This document shows positions 1 to 7,606 of a DNA stretch of 62,538 nucleotides, one piece after another. The stretch comes from Thermoplasmata archaeon (GTDB taxonomy: Archaea > Thermoplasmatota > Thermoplasmata > Lutacidiplasmatales > UBA184). Location of the stretch: assembly GCA_021801925.1 (NCBI GenBank), contig JAKABH010000003.1, positions 1-62,538 on the forward strand, written 5' to 3'. The first letter of the stretch is position 1; every line of letters begins with the position of its first letter. A model generated the notes under the pieces. The model saw nothing but the letters and a program-made list of their open reading frames with translations. It ran no database searches and was not told the origin of the DNA. A program made the position numbers and the translations under genes.

Positions 1-1
1 C

Positions 2-361
2 TCCTGGAGCTGCGTCCCGACCGCGAGCGGGCGGTTCTCGGTCGAGGTCACCGTCACCGACGCGCACGGCTCGACCGTCTCGGCGACGACCGAGCTGACG
101 ATCGCTCCGTTGACCTCTCCCGTGTCGCCGAACGGCGGAGGCGCCGCGCCGCTCCCGTGGTCCCTGATCGGCCTCGGGATCGTCGTCGTCGCCGCGGGGG
201 CGGTCGCGGCGCTGCTCCTCCTTCGCCGACGCCGCGGAAGCCCCCCGCCCGCGGAGCCTGCCGCTCCGGCCTCGCCCCCGACCCCGCCGTCCGGGGGCGG
301 AACCCCCCCGCCCCCCGCGACCGAAGGCGGGGATCCGGCCTCCCAGTTCATCTTCCGATAG
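2..361 (+). CDS. C-terminal end of a cell-surface protein (5'-partial): beta-rich ectodomain, single TM anchor, Arg-rich stop-transfer, Pro-rich tail
   Basis: The frame of ORF 110..361 stays open to the window edge (..SVEVTVTDAHGSTVSATTELTIAP..). The hydrophobic stretch LIGLGIVVVAAGAVAALLLL is followed by RRRR and a P/A-rich tail. Confidence 0.45.
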   Translation, partial: SWSCVPTASGRFSVEVTVTDAHGSTVSATTELTIAPLTSPVSPNGGGAAPLPWSLIGLGIVVVAAGAVAALLLLRRRRGSPPPAEPAAPASPPTPPSGGGTPPPPATEGGDPASQFIFR

Positions 362-836
362 CCGGACGCCGCCGGGGCCGGCCCGACGAACGGCGCCGCG
401 TGCGGGGGATCGGGCCCGGACGGTCCCGAGCCGACCCCCGGGCGGCGATCGCCCACCGGCAACCCGAGAGCGAAGGTCCGGCGCTGCCTTCGTGCCGCCG
501 GCAGGGGGCGACGGGTCCACGCCGTCGGGAGCGGGGCCGGTGCCAGGGGGCAAGCCGGCCCTCCGCCCCACCCGGGCCGGTCGCAACCGCGAGGCCGCGG
601 CTCGTGGGGAGGACCGGCCGGATTCCCCGCCCGACAGCCTCCCGCCCGAGCCGTGGCGCGGGGCAACGGATGTCGTGCGGGGAGGCGGCCCCCCGCTGGC
701 CCGACGGAACGCGAGTGCCGCCGGGACCGGGCTGCCCCGCGGGCGACCGGTCGGGTGGGTCGGCCGATGGCAGAGCCCGCGGGGGCGTTTGGTCTCGTGC
801 GTACTACTTAGGCGGCGGGCGGCTGTTCTCGCGCCT

Positions 837-2087
837 ATGACCGATGCACCGATCCGCACCTCGCTCCGGGCGGCCCGACGACTAGCGGTCGCGAAGCAGC
901 ATCTGGTGGGCCCGCGCCCGCGTCGGGCGACGCCCGAGCGGATCGTCGAATGCGTGCGCGATCTGGCGTACGTCCAGTGGGATCCGGTAAGCGTCGTCGC
1001 CCCGTCCCACCTCCTCTCGCTCTGGGCCCGGCTCGGGCCCTTCCGCCCAAGGGACCTCGATCGCCTGCTGTGGAAGGAACGGCGCCTCCTGCAGCATTGG
1101 ATCCCCTTCGCCGGCGTCGTCTCGGTCGAGGATTACCCGATCTTCTTCTCCCTGATGCGACGGTACCCCGACTCGCTCTCGGATTCCTGGGGAGCCCAGC
1201 GGGCCCGCGCCCGCGCGTTCCTCGCACGGCACCGGGCGCTCCGCACGAGGGTCGTTTCCGCGCTGCGCCGCGGACCGCTCTCGCTCGACCAGTTCCCGGA
1301 TCACGCCCGGACGAAGCGGGCCGCCCCGGAGTGGGCGCCGGCGAGCGCCGTCTCCGAGATGCTCGGGCACCTCCTCATGTCCGGGGAGGCGATGGTCGTG
1401 GGCCACGAGGGGAACCGGAACCTGTGGGGGCATCCCGACCACTACCTTCCGGCGGCGGTCCGCCGGGAGCCCCTCTCCGCGGAATCGGCCGACCGGATCG
1501 CCGCCGAACGGGCGCTGCGGGCGCTGGGGGTGGCGACGGCCCGGGAGATCCACACCTACTTCGTCCGGGGCTGCTACCGGAACATCCGGGCGACGCTGGA
1601 AACCCTGGAGGCGGACGGCCGCCTCCGGCGCGTGGCCGTGGACGGGCTTCCCGGCCGCGACCCTCGGTTCGTCCATGTCGACGACCTCCCCCGGCTGGAC
1701 GAGCTGGAGCGGGACGAGCTCCCGCCCCGGGTGGCCCTGCTGCCCCCGTTCGACAACATGGTCTACAGCCCGGTCCGGGGGAAGCAGTTGTTCGGCTTCG
1801 ACTACGTCCGCGAGCAGTTTCTCCCCCCCGCGAAGCGTCGGTTCGGTCTCTGGGTCCTGCCGATCCTGCGGGGCGATGAGTTCGTCGGACGGATGGACGC
1901 CCGTCTGGACAAGGAGGGGCGGAGGCTCGAGGTCGTGGCCCTCTACGCCGAGCCGGGGGCACCGTTGACCCGCACCGTCGGGGCCGAGATCCAGGACGAG
2001 ATCGACCGCCTCGCGTCGTTCCTGGGCGCGGAGTCGGTGGTATACCCCGCCCAAGCCCCGTCGGGGTGGATCGGCGGCCGCCGATAG
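837..2087 (+). CDS. Winged-helix DNA-binding protein of the YcaQ/DUF1006 family (crosslink-repair glycosylase-like)
   Basis: Inside ORF 492..2087. The ATG at 837 is preceded by the TATA-like TACTTAGG about 25 nt upstream. N-terminus: MTDAPIRTSLRAARRLAVAKQHLVG..ERIVECVRDLAYVQWDPVSVVAPSHLLSLWARL. The overall pattern is typical of YcaQ-like proteins. Confidence 0.65.
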   Translation: MTDAPIRTSLRAARRLAVAKQHLVGPRPRRATPERIVECVRDLAYVQWDPVSVVAPSHLLSLWARLGPFRPRDLDRLLWKERRLLQHWIPFAGVVSVEDYPIFFSLMRRYPDSLSDSWGAQRARARAFLARHRALRTRVVSALRRGPLSLDQFPDHARTKRAAPEWAPASAVSEMLGHLLMSGEAMVVGHEGNRNLWGHPDHYLPAAVRREPLSAESADRIAAERALRALGVATAREIHTYFVRGCYRNIRATLETLEADGRLRRVAVDGLPGRDPRFVHVDDLPRLDELERDELPPRVALLPPFDNMVYSPVRGKQLFGFDYVREQFLPPAKRRFGLWVLPILRGDEFVGRMDARLDKEGRRLEVVALYAEPGAPLTRTVGAEIQDEIDRLASFLGAESVVYPAQAPSGWIGGRR

Positions 2088-2161
2088 TGGTCCGTCTCAT
2101 GAATAGGTAGTCGCTTCACGTCCCGGGTATCTCCGCCCTTGTGCGCGTGGCTCCGCCCGTC

Positions 2162-2290
2162 ATGCTCACGTCGGAAGAGCGGCGTCAGCTCTCGACCTGC
2201 GCTACGGAGGGATATCGCTAATTCGCCCGTGTCCTGGGTTTTTCTGGTGGAGCCGTACTGGGTGATTACGTCGCGCGACGTTTCTACGGG
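2162..2290 (+). pseudogene. Remnant of a transposase/regulator N-terminal HTH, interrupted by an in-frame TAA
   Basis: Reads MLTSEERRQLSTCATEGYR*FARVLGFSGGAVLGDYVARRFYG, with the stop at 2219-2221. The LTxEER...G.S...IAR.LG.S..TV pattern is typical of IS30/IS630-type HTH domains. No DDE domain follows. Confidence 0.3.
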
Positions 2291-2569
2291 GCCCATACGA
2301 CACCGAGCACGAACGCACCCCCTATCTCCAACCAATGCGTACGTCACACCGGGGGCCCACGATCGTGATTGCCGCGCCCAGTTCCCGAACAGCGGCTCGA
2401 CTGCTTTCTCCAGCCTCAGCGTGTCATCTGGGTGGCCCGGGTGGACGGATCAGATACATTTCGGAGGTTGCGGGTTCTACGCAGTCGCTTCGGGGTTCAT
2501 AGAGCGTGACACGGTACCATTGAAGAACTACATGTTCGCCACACCAGGAGTGAGCCTCCTCGCTGGGGA

Positions 2570-3526
2570 TTGCTGCGCAGGGCCGCGGACGAGGCACCGC
2601 TCGAGGCATGGAACGTGAAGGCCGCTGGTACCGAGCGTTTTCCAGTTCGAAAAGCCCCCTATAGACGGTTTCCGAAACTCTCCGTATTGGGGTTGTCCGC
2701 CTCGGTCGGCCTCCTGCTTCTGGTCGTGGGAGCTTCGGGGACGGCAAGCCCATTACCTTGGTTGCCGGCGGCATCACCAACCGCATGTGGCCTCCTCTCG
2801 GGGGCCGTCCCCCCGCTGGCAAGTGCACCGAACGCGCAGCTGTTTCCGATCTCGACTTCCTCCGCGATCACGTACTATTCGGGGAACCCGGGAGTGCCCG
2901 AGGTTTACCCCTCCGGCACTTCCGGTTCGGGGGGTGGGCCCAACGTGACGGTGGGCAACGTCACTTTCGGCGCGGTCCGATCTGCGTGGAACCAGACCTG
3001 CGGCAGCGCAACGTTCCTTCAGGTCTTCCAGAACGTGAGTCCTGCCGCGAATTCCCTTCGACAGTTCTGGTATGACACCGGCAGGCAGGTTTCGCCCAAC
3101 GGCACGGCGACACATGGCACCGCGGTGGTCGAACCCGGATTCCTGTGGGATGCTGGCTGTACCGGGAACGTGAGCGGTAGCACGATCGGATCGCCCTACC
3201 TCCTGCGCCCGCTAATGCCACCCCCCGCCTACTCCGGATCGGGTTGCACCTATTGGGAGTACTGGTCGATGGTGCTGACGAGCGCTGGGACGACGAACCT
3301 CACGGGCCCCTACCTGCTCGAAGCCGTTACTGCCAACTTCGTGCCGCCGGGCCAGACCACGCAACACCCTGGCGGGGGGCCTGGCCTCAGCTCGGAGGAG
3401 CTTTACCTCGCGCTGGCGGCGCCCTTTGTTGTTGCGATCGGGGTGGTCGTCGCGGTTCGACGTTGGCACCGCCGTTCCGATGGTGCCCGACCACCAACTG
3501 CGCCACCCCCACCGACTCCAAAGTGA
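2570..3526 (+). CDS. Orphan secreted/membrane-anchored glycoprotein (N-terminal hydrophobic signal-like segment, C-terminal TM anchor)
   Basis: ORF 2570..3526. Signal-like segment LSVLGLSASVGLLLLVVGASGTASP. C-terminal anchor LALAAPFVVAIGVVVAV followed by RRWHRR. Seven N-x-S/T sequons (NVT, NVT, NQT, NVS, NGT, NVS, NLT). The start is uncertain. No family recognised. Confidence 0.5.
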   Translation: MLRRAADEAPLEAWNVKAAGTERFPVRKAPYRRFPKLSVLGLSASVGLLLLVVGASGTASPLPWLPAASPTACGLLSGAVPPLASAPNAQLFPISTSSAITYYSGNPGVPEVYPSGTSGSGGGPNVTVGNVTFGAVRSAWNQTCGSATFLQVFQNVSPAANSLRQFWYDTGRQVSPNGTATHGTAVVEPGFLWDAGCTGNVSGSTIGSPYLLRPLMPPPAYSGSGCTYWEYWSMVLTSAGTTNLTGPYLLEAVTANFVPPGQTTQHPGGGPGLSSEELYLALAAPFVVAIGVVVAVRRWHRRSDGARPPTAPPPPTPK

Positions 3527-4082
3527 GCCACTGGCGCGCACCTGCCCGGTCCCTCTCGAGCGCATTGGTCAAGCTGCGCCCGGGGGGTTTGTTCACGGGT
3601 CCGGGTCGTGATTCTGGTCCGTGGTCGCGAGGACCGAGACCTACCCATGGGGAAGGGTCGAGAGCGCGAATGCATCGCGCCCGGGAGCCCGGAGCACCGC
3701 CATGCTACCATGGAGGGGCGCGACAAACTCCCACCCGGCCTCGAGGAGCTCTGGAACGTCGCCCACCCCGACCGCTTTCTCGCTCCGCTTCTCGGGACCG
3801 AGGGCCGCGCCCACCGTCTTGAGGTGGGCCACAACCTCCCAGTCGCTTTGCCGGCTAGGTGGGAACCTTCGAGCTTCGACTCCCGGCCCCACGTGCCGCG
3901 AAAATCAGCCAGAGAGAACGCGTGACAGCCTCGGAGCGGACCTTTGGGTCCGTAAGCAACCCCTTATGGCGGCCCAAAATCGGGACGAATATTCGGGATT
4001 GGATCGCACTTTCTTCGACCGGTCCGGGAGACCTGCGGACCCGGCTCTAGGCGAGCGTCATTCGATGGACTCTCCGGGAGAG

Positions 4083-4185
4083 TAGCGGGGCATGGATTTG
4101 AACCATGGATCTACGGGTTATGAGCCCGTCGGGATTTCAGGACGGTCGGGAACCCCGACCGCTTTCCTGACTACCCTACCCCGCT
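4083..4185 (-). tRNA. Initiator tRNA-Met (CAU) carrying a ~28-nt insertion (putative intron) in the D-loop
   Basis: Minus strand reads AGCGGGG TA GGGT AGTCAGGAAA [GCGGTCGGGGTTCCCGACCGTCCTGAAA] TCCC G ACGGG CTCATAA CCCGT AGATC CATGG TTCAAAT CCATG CCCCGCT A. It has A1:U72, three G:C pairs closing the anticodon stem, and A73. No CCA is encoded. Confidence 0.75.
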
Positions 4186-4207
4186 GCGCGGCGGGCATGC
4201 AGGCCCC

Positions 4208-4216
4208 CGTATATGA
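4208..4216 (-). promoter_or_regulatory. TATA-like box for tRNA-iMet
   Basis: Minus-strand CATATAC lies 24-30 nt upstream of tRNA position 1 (4185), in an otherwise G+C-rich spacer. Confidence 0.4.
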
Positions 4217-4605
4217 GCTTCCTCTCGGCGATCCGCCCGGTTTTGGCTCGGACGGGCCCGCGCCACCGTCGGGCATATCCATCTCCCGATCCCGTCGTGC
4301 CAGGACCGTCACGGGTCGGCGTCGGCCGACGTTACGATGGGCGGCGCGGGGGGCGTCCCACGGCGGAGGTATTCGGCCCCCGTTGCCCCGCCGACTGCCG
4401 AGGAGGGGAGTCGGGGCGACGGGAGAACCTCGGGGCGGTTTGGTTTCGATGGGGGCCGGGCGGGCCGGGGCTCCCCGTCCGGTCCCTCCCGCCGGTCGAC
4501 CGGCCCCGGAGCGGGACGGCGATCCGAGGGGGGGCCGGGGCCCGGACGAGGACAAGCGCCCCCCTCGAGGGCGGCGAGGGGCCTCCATGCCTCCGACCCG
4601 GTGGA

Positions 4606-5877
4606 TCACATGTCGGCCAACATCGCCTCGCCCGCGCCGGGCGGGGGTGCGGCCGGGTCCCGCGGTCCGAGCCGACGGCCGGTGCGGACCCGCAGCGCGA
4701 TGAAGCCGCCGGCGACGACGACCGAGACGACCGCCATGCCGCCCCAGAGGTACGCCGGCCCGAGCGGTCCGATCCCGAGAAGGACCGTCCCGACAACCGG
4801 GCCGATCGCGCGCGTGGCGTTCGTCACCGCGTTGTAGCTGCCGAAGTAGCTGCCCCTCCGTTCGCGGCCTCCGAAGGTGGCGACCAGGGTCTGCTGCGTC
4901 GGGCTCACCACATCCTCCCCGAGGGTGAGCACGGCCATCGCGAGCAGGTAGAGCGGGAACGCTCCGGCGGCGTAGAACAGGAGGAAGCCGGCGCCGTAGG
5001 CGATCGTGCCGCCGGCCATCCAGCCGAGGTAGCGGGGCGCGCGTTCGATGAGGCGCGAGACCGGCAGCTGGAGGAGGACCACCAGGACGCCGTTCAGCGA
5101 GTAGATGAGACCGAACTCGGTGAGCGGCAGGTCGCGGACGGATCCCAGGAACAGCGCCAGGGGAGTGCCGAACTGGTTCATGACGAGGGCCAGCCCGGCG
5201 AGGGCGATCATCAGCCAGACGAACGGGCGGTCGCGGAACGGCTCGGAGAGACGGGTCGGAGTCGCCCCGGTCCGCTTCGCTCCCCGGAACGTTTCGCGGA
5301 GGAGGACGAGGAGGACGACCCCCTCGATCAGCGAGGTGATCGCCGCGAAGAGGAAGAGGGACGGCAAGCCGGCGGTGGAGGCGAGGAACCCCCCGACCGC
5401 CGGGGAGATCGCGAACCCCAGGTTCATGAAGACCCGCTGGACGCCGAAGGCGGTGACGGAGAGGTGGGGGGGCGTCACGTCCCCGATCATCGCGCTCTGC
5501 GACGGGCGGGTGAGCCCTCCGCCGAGGGAGTTGATCCCCCAGAGCACCATCACGAGGGGGATCCCGCGACCGAGGTCGATCCAGAGGAGGGTCAGCATCG
5601 CGGCGCTGAGGAAGCTCGGATAGATCGCAAACGGCCGGCGGCCGTACCGGTCGGAGAGGTAGCCGCCCGCAAGGAAGGCGAGCGTGCTCACCGGGACGAG
5701 GGCGGCGATGAGCAGGCCGATGTCGAGGTACGGGAGGTGGTAGAGGTCGGCGAAGACGATCGGCAGGAAGACGAACGTTGCCGAACGGCCGACGTTGCGG
5801 ACGAGGCCGGCGCTCCCGAGCAGGTAGACCCGGGAGTCCAGGCGAAGGGCGGCGGGACGGGTGGGGGAGCTCAGCAT
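4606..5877 (-). CDS. MFS transporter
   Basis: ORF 4606..5877. About 12 hydrophobic segments. Contains the MFS loop motif GGYLSDRYGRRP between TM2 and TM3. Confidence 0.8.
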   Translation of the reverse strand: MLSSPTRPAALRLDSRVYLLGSAGLVRNVGRSATFVFLPIVFADLYHLPYLDIGLLIAALVPVSTLAFLAGGYLSDRYGRRPFAIYPSFLSAAMLTLLWIDLGRGIPLVMVLWGINSLGGGLTRPSQSAMIGDVTPPHLSVTAFGVQRVFMNLGFAISPAVGGFLASTAGLPSLFLFAAITSLIEGVVLLVLLRETFRGAKRTGATPTRLSEPFRDRPFVWLMIALAGLALVMNQFGTPLALFLGSVRDLPLTEFGLIYSLNGVLVVLLQLPVSRLIERAPRYLGWMAGGTIAYGAGFLLFYAAGAFPLYLLAMAVLTLGEDVVSPTQQTLVATFGGRERRGSYFGSYNAVTNATRAIGPVVGTVLLGIGPLGPAYLWGGMAVVSVVVAGGFIALRVRTGRRLGPRDPAAPPPGAGEAMLADM

Positions 5878-6159
5878 GGCACCGCCCGTCGTACCGCCCG
5901 CCCCGTCAAAGGCGCCGGACGACGACCCGGCCGGAACGGAAGGGGTCGTCGGCCCCCCTCCGAGCTCCGATCGGCCGCGCTCCCGCTCCCGGGAGCGGCG
6001 ACCCCGGCGGCGCGGCAGGAGGCCCCGCCGTGGCCCGCGCCCCCGCCCGACGCCGCCCCGCGGAACCGAAGCCCCGCGGAACAGCCGCGCCGGCCCTGGG
6101 CAAAGGCCCGGTTCCTCGACGACCGGAGCCGCCGAACGCGCGAGCGCGCCCGGCGCCCC

Positions 6160-7380
6160 CTACTCCGCGGCGACACCTTCCCGGACCGCCCGGATGCGTT
6201 CGCCGTGCCAGCCGAAGAAGTGGGCGTAGAGGTAGCCGTTCATCACCAGGGCGAGGGCGTACCCGAGGAACGGCACCGGCGCGGCGACATCCTCCAGGGC
6301 GAAGCCGCCGATCGCCGTCGCGCCGCTGGCGGCGCCGACCCGCGCCGCCTGGTTCGTTCCGGCCCCCTCGGAGCGGTCGGCATGGGGAAGCCGGCTCATC
6401 ATCGCCGACTGCTGGGCCGGCAGCGCCATCACGCGGAACGCGGGGAGGGCGATGTACATCCCGAGCGCCGGGAGCAGCGGGACGAACGGCATCAGGGCGG
6501 CGAGGCCCGCCGCGACGAAGCGGGTCCCCACCACCGAGATCACCCAGCCCCACCGGGCCTCGAGGAACGGTGCCGCGAGCACCGAGAACGTCCCGACGAG
6601 GCTGCTCACGGTCGTGTACGTCGCCATCTCGGGCCGCGCCACGCCAAAGATCAGGACGAAGAACGGGATCAGGAACGGGGTGAGCAGCCCCTGGGAGAAG
6701 CCGTTCAGCACGCCGGTCGCCGCGAAGCGCCGGATGACGCCCCGACTGCTCGCCGACGGCCGTCGGCCCGGCTTCGGGGCCCGCATCGGGATCGGGAGGG
6801 CTAGGGCGACCGACCCCGCGCTCAGCGCGAGGGCGATCCCGAACAGTTCGTCGAGGCTGCCGAACCCACCGGCGAAGGCGCCGATCGCGGCGGAGACGCC
6901 GACGGCGAACGTGAAGAGGCTGAACATCTGGGTCCGGGACGACGGCAGGAGCAGATCGCTCAGGATCGACGTCTGCAGCGGCATGGCGATCCCCCCGACC
7001 CCTCCGCCGGCGAGGGATCCGGTCGCGCTGAAGCCGCCCAGGAGGCTCGCGAGGGCGGCGAGCGGCAGGCTGGGGGGAAGCAGCAGGAGGGCGCAGGCGA
7101 TCGGAAGGAGGGCGAGGCTGAGAGTGTAGGTCCCGCGCATCGTCGTCCGGCTGCCGAGCCGGCCGAGCAGGTAGGAGAGGACGGCGGTGGAGAGCGCTCC
7201 TCCGGCGTAGATGATCCCGAGCAGGAAGGCGCCGGAGTGCAGCTCCTGCAGAATGAGGTACGGGAAGGCGATCGTCACCACGCCGGCCGCGAGCCCACGG
7301 AGGATGCGCGTGGCGAGCAGGAGCCACGCCCCCCGGCGCGCCCGATCGGGATCGATCCACTCGGATCGGGCCGCCTCCAC
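6160..7380 (-). CDS. MFS transporter (tandem with 4606..5877)
   Basis: C-terminal ~400 aa of ORF 6160..7824 are hydrophobic and MFS-like (LLGRLGSRTTM loop). The first ~148 codons are R/P/A-rich junk. Proposed GTG start at 7380 (VEAARSEWIDPDRARRGAWLLL..). Confidence 0.7.
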   Translation of the reverse strand: MEAARSEWIDPDRARRGAWLLLATRILRGLAAGVVTIAFPYLILQELHSGAFLLGIIYAGGALSTAVLSYLLGRLGSRTTMRGTYTLSLALLPIACALLLLPPSLPLAALASLLGGFSATGSLAGGGVGGIAMPLQTSILSDLLLPSSRTQMFSLFTFAVGVSAAIGAFAGGFGSLDELFGIALALSAGSVALALPIPMRAPKPGRRPSASSRGVIRRFAATGVLNGFSQGLLTPFLIPFFVLIFGVARPEMATYTTVSSLVGTFSVLAAPFLEARWGWVISVVGTRFVAAGLAALMPFVPLLPALGMYIALPAFRVMALPAQQSAMMSRLPHADRSEGAGTNQAARVGAASGATAIGGFALEDVAAPVPFLGYALALVMNGYLYAHFFGWHGERIRAVREGVAAE

Positions 7381-7576
7381 GGTGACCTCCCCCTCTGTCG
7401 AAGGCACGGAGCCGCCGACAGCCGCTTCCGCTTGTAACCCCTCTCCCGCCAATTTCCTCGCGGCCGGTCGGGACGGACCCGAGAATCGAAACCGGGGGCG
7501 GCCCCTGGGATCCCACCGTTCCTGCGGGGGGTGCCCGCGCCGGAGTCCCCGCCGCGAGGGGACCTCCCGCGGCGAC

Positions 7577-7584
7577 CTTATAGG
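7577..7584 (+). promoter_or_regulatory. TATA-like box upstream of the YVTN surface-protein gene
   Basis: CCTTATAG lies 23-30 nt upstream of the ATG at 7607. Confidence 0.4.
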
Positions 7585-7606
7585 GCGCCCGGACGGGGGG
7601 GTCCGC

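Noticed and set aside
362-836. A 475-nt gene-free G+C-rich spacer containing GAAGGTCCGG (472-481), which resembles the RNase P RNA CR-I motif (GAAAGUCCGG), plus a GGUGCCAGG..GCAAGCC stretch. Possible RNase P RNA.
   Set aside because: I could not find a convincing CR-V/ACAGAA..GGCUUA element or a 3' strand able to form P4 with the CR-I-like segment, on either strand. The motif alone could be chance in this composition. A covariance-model scan (Rfam RNaseP_arch) would settle it.
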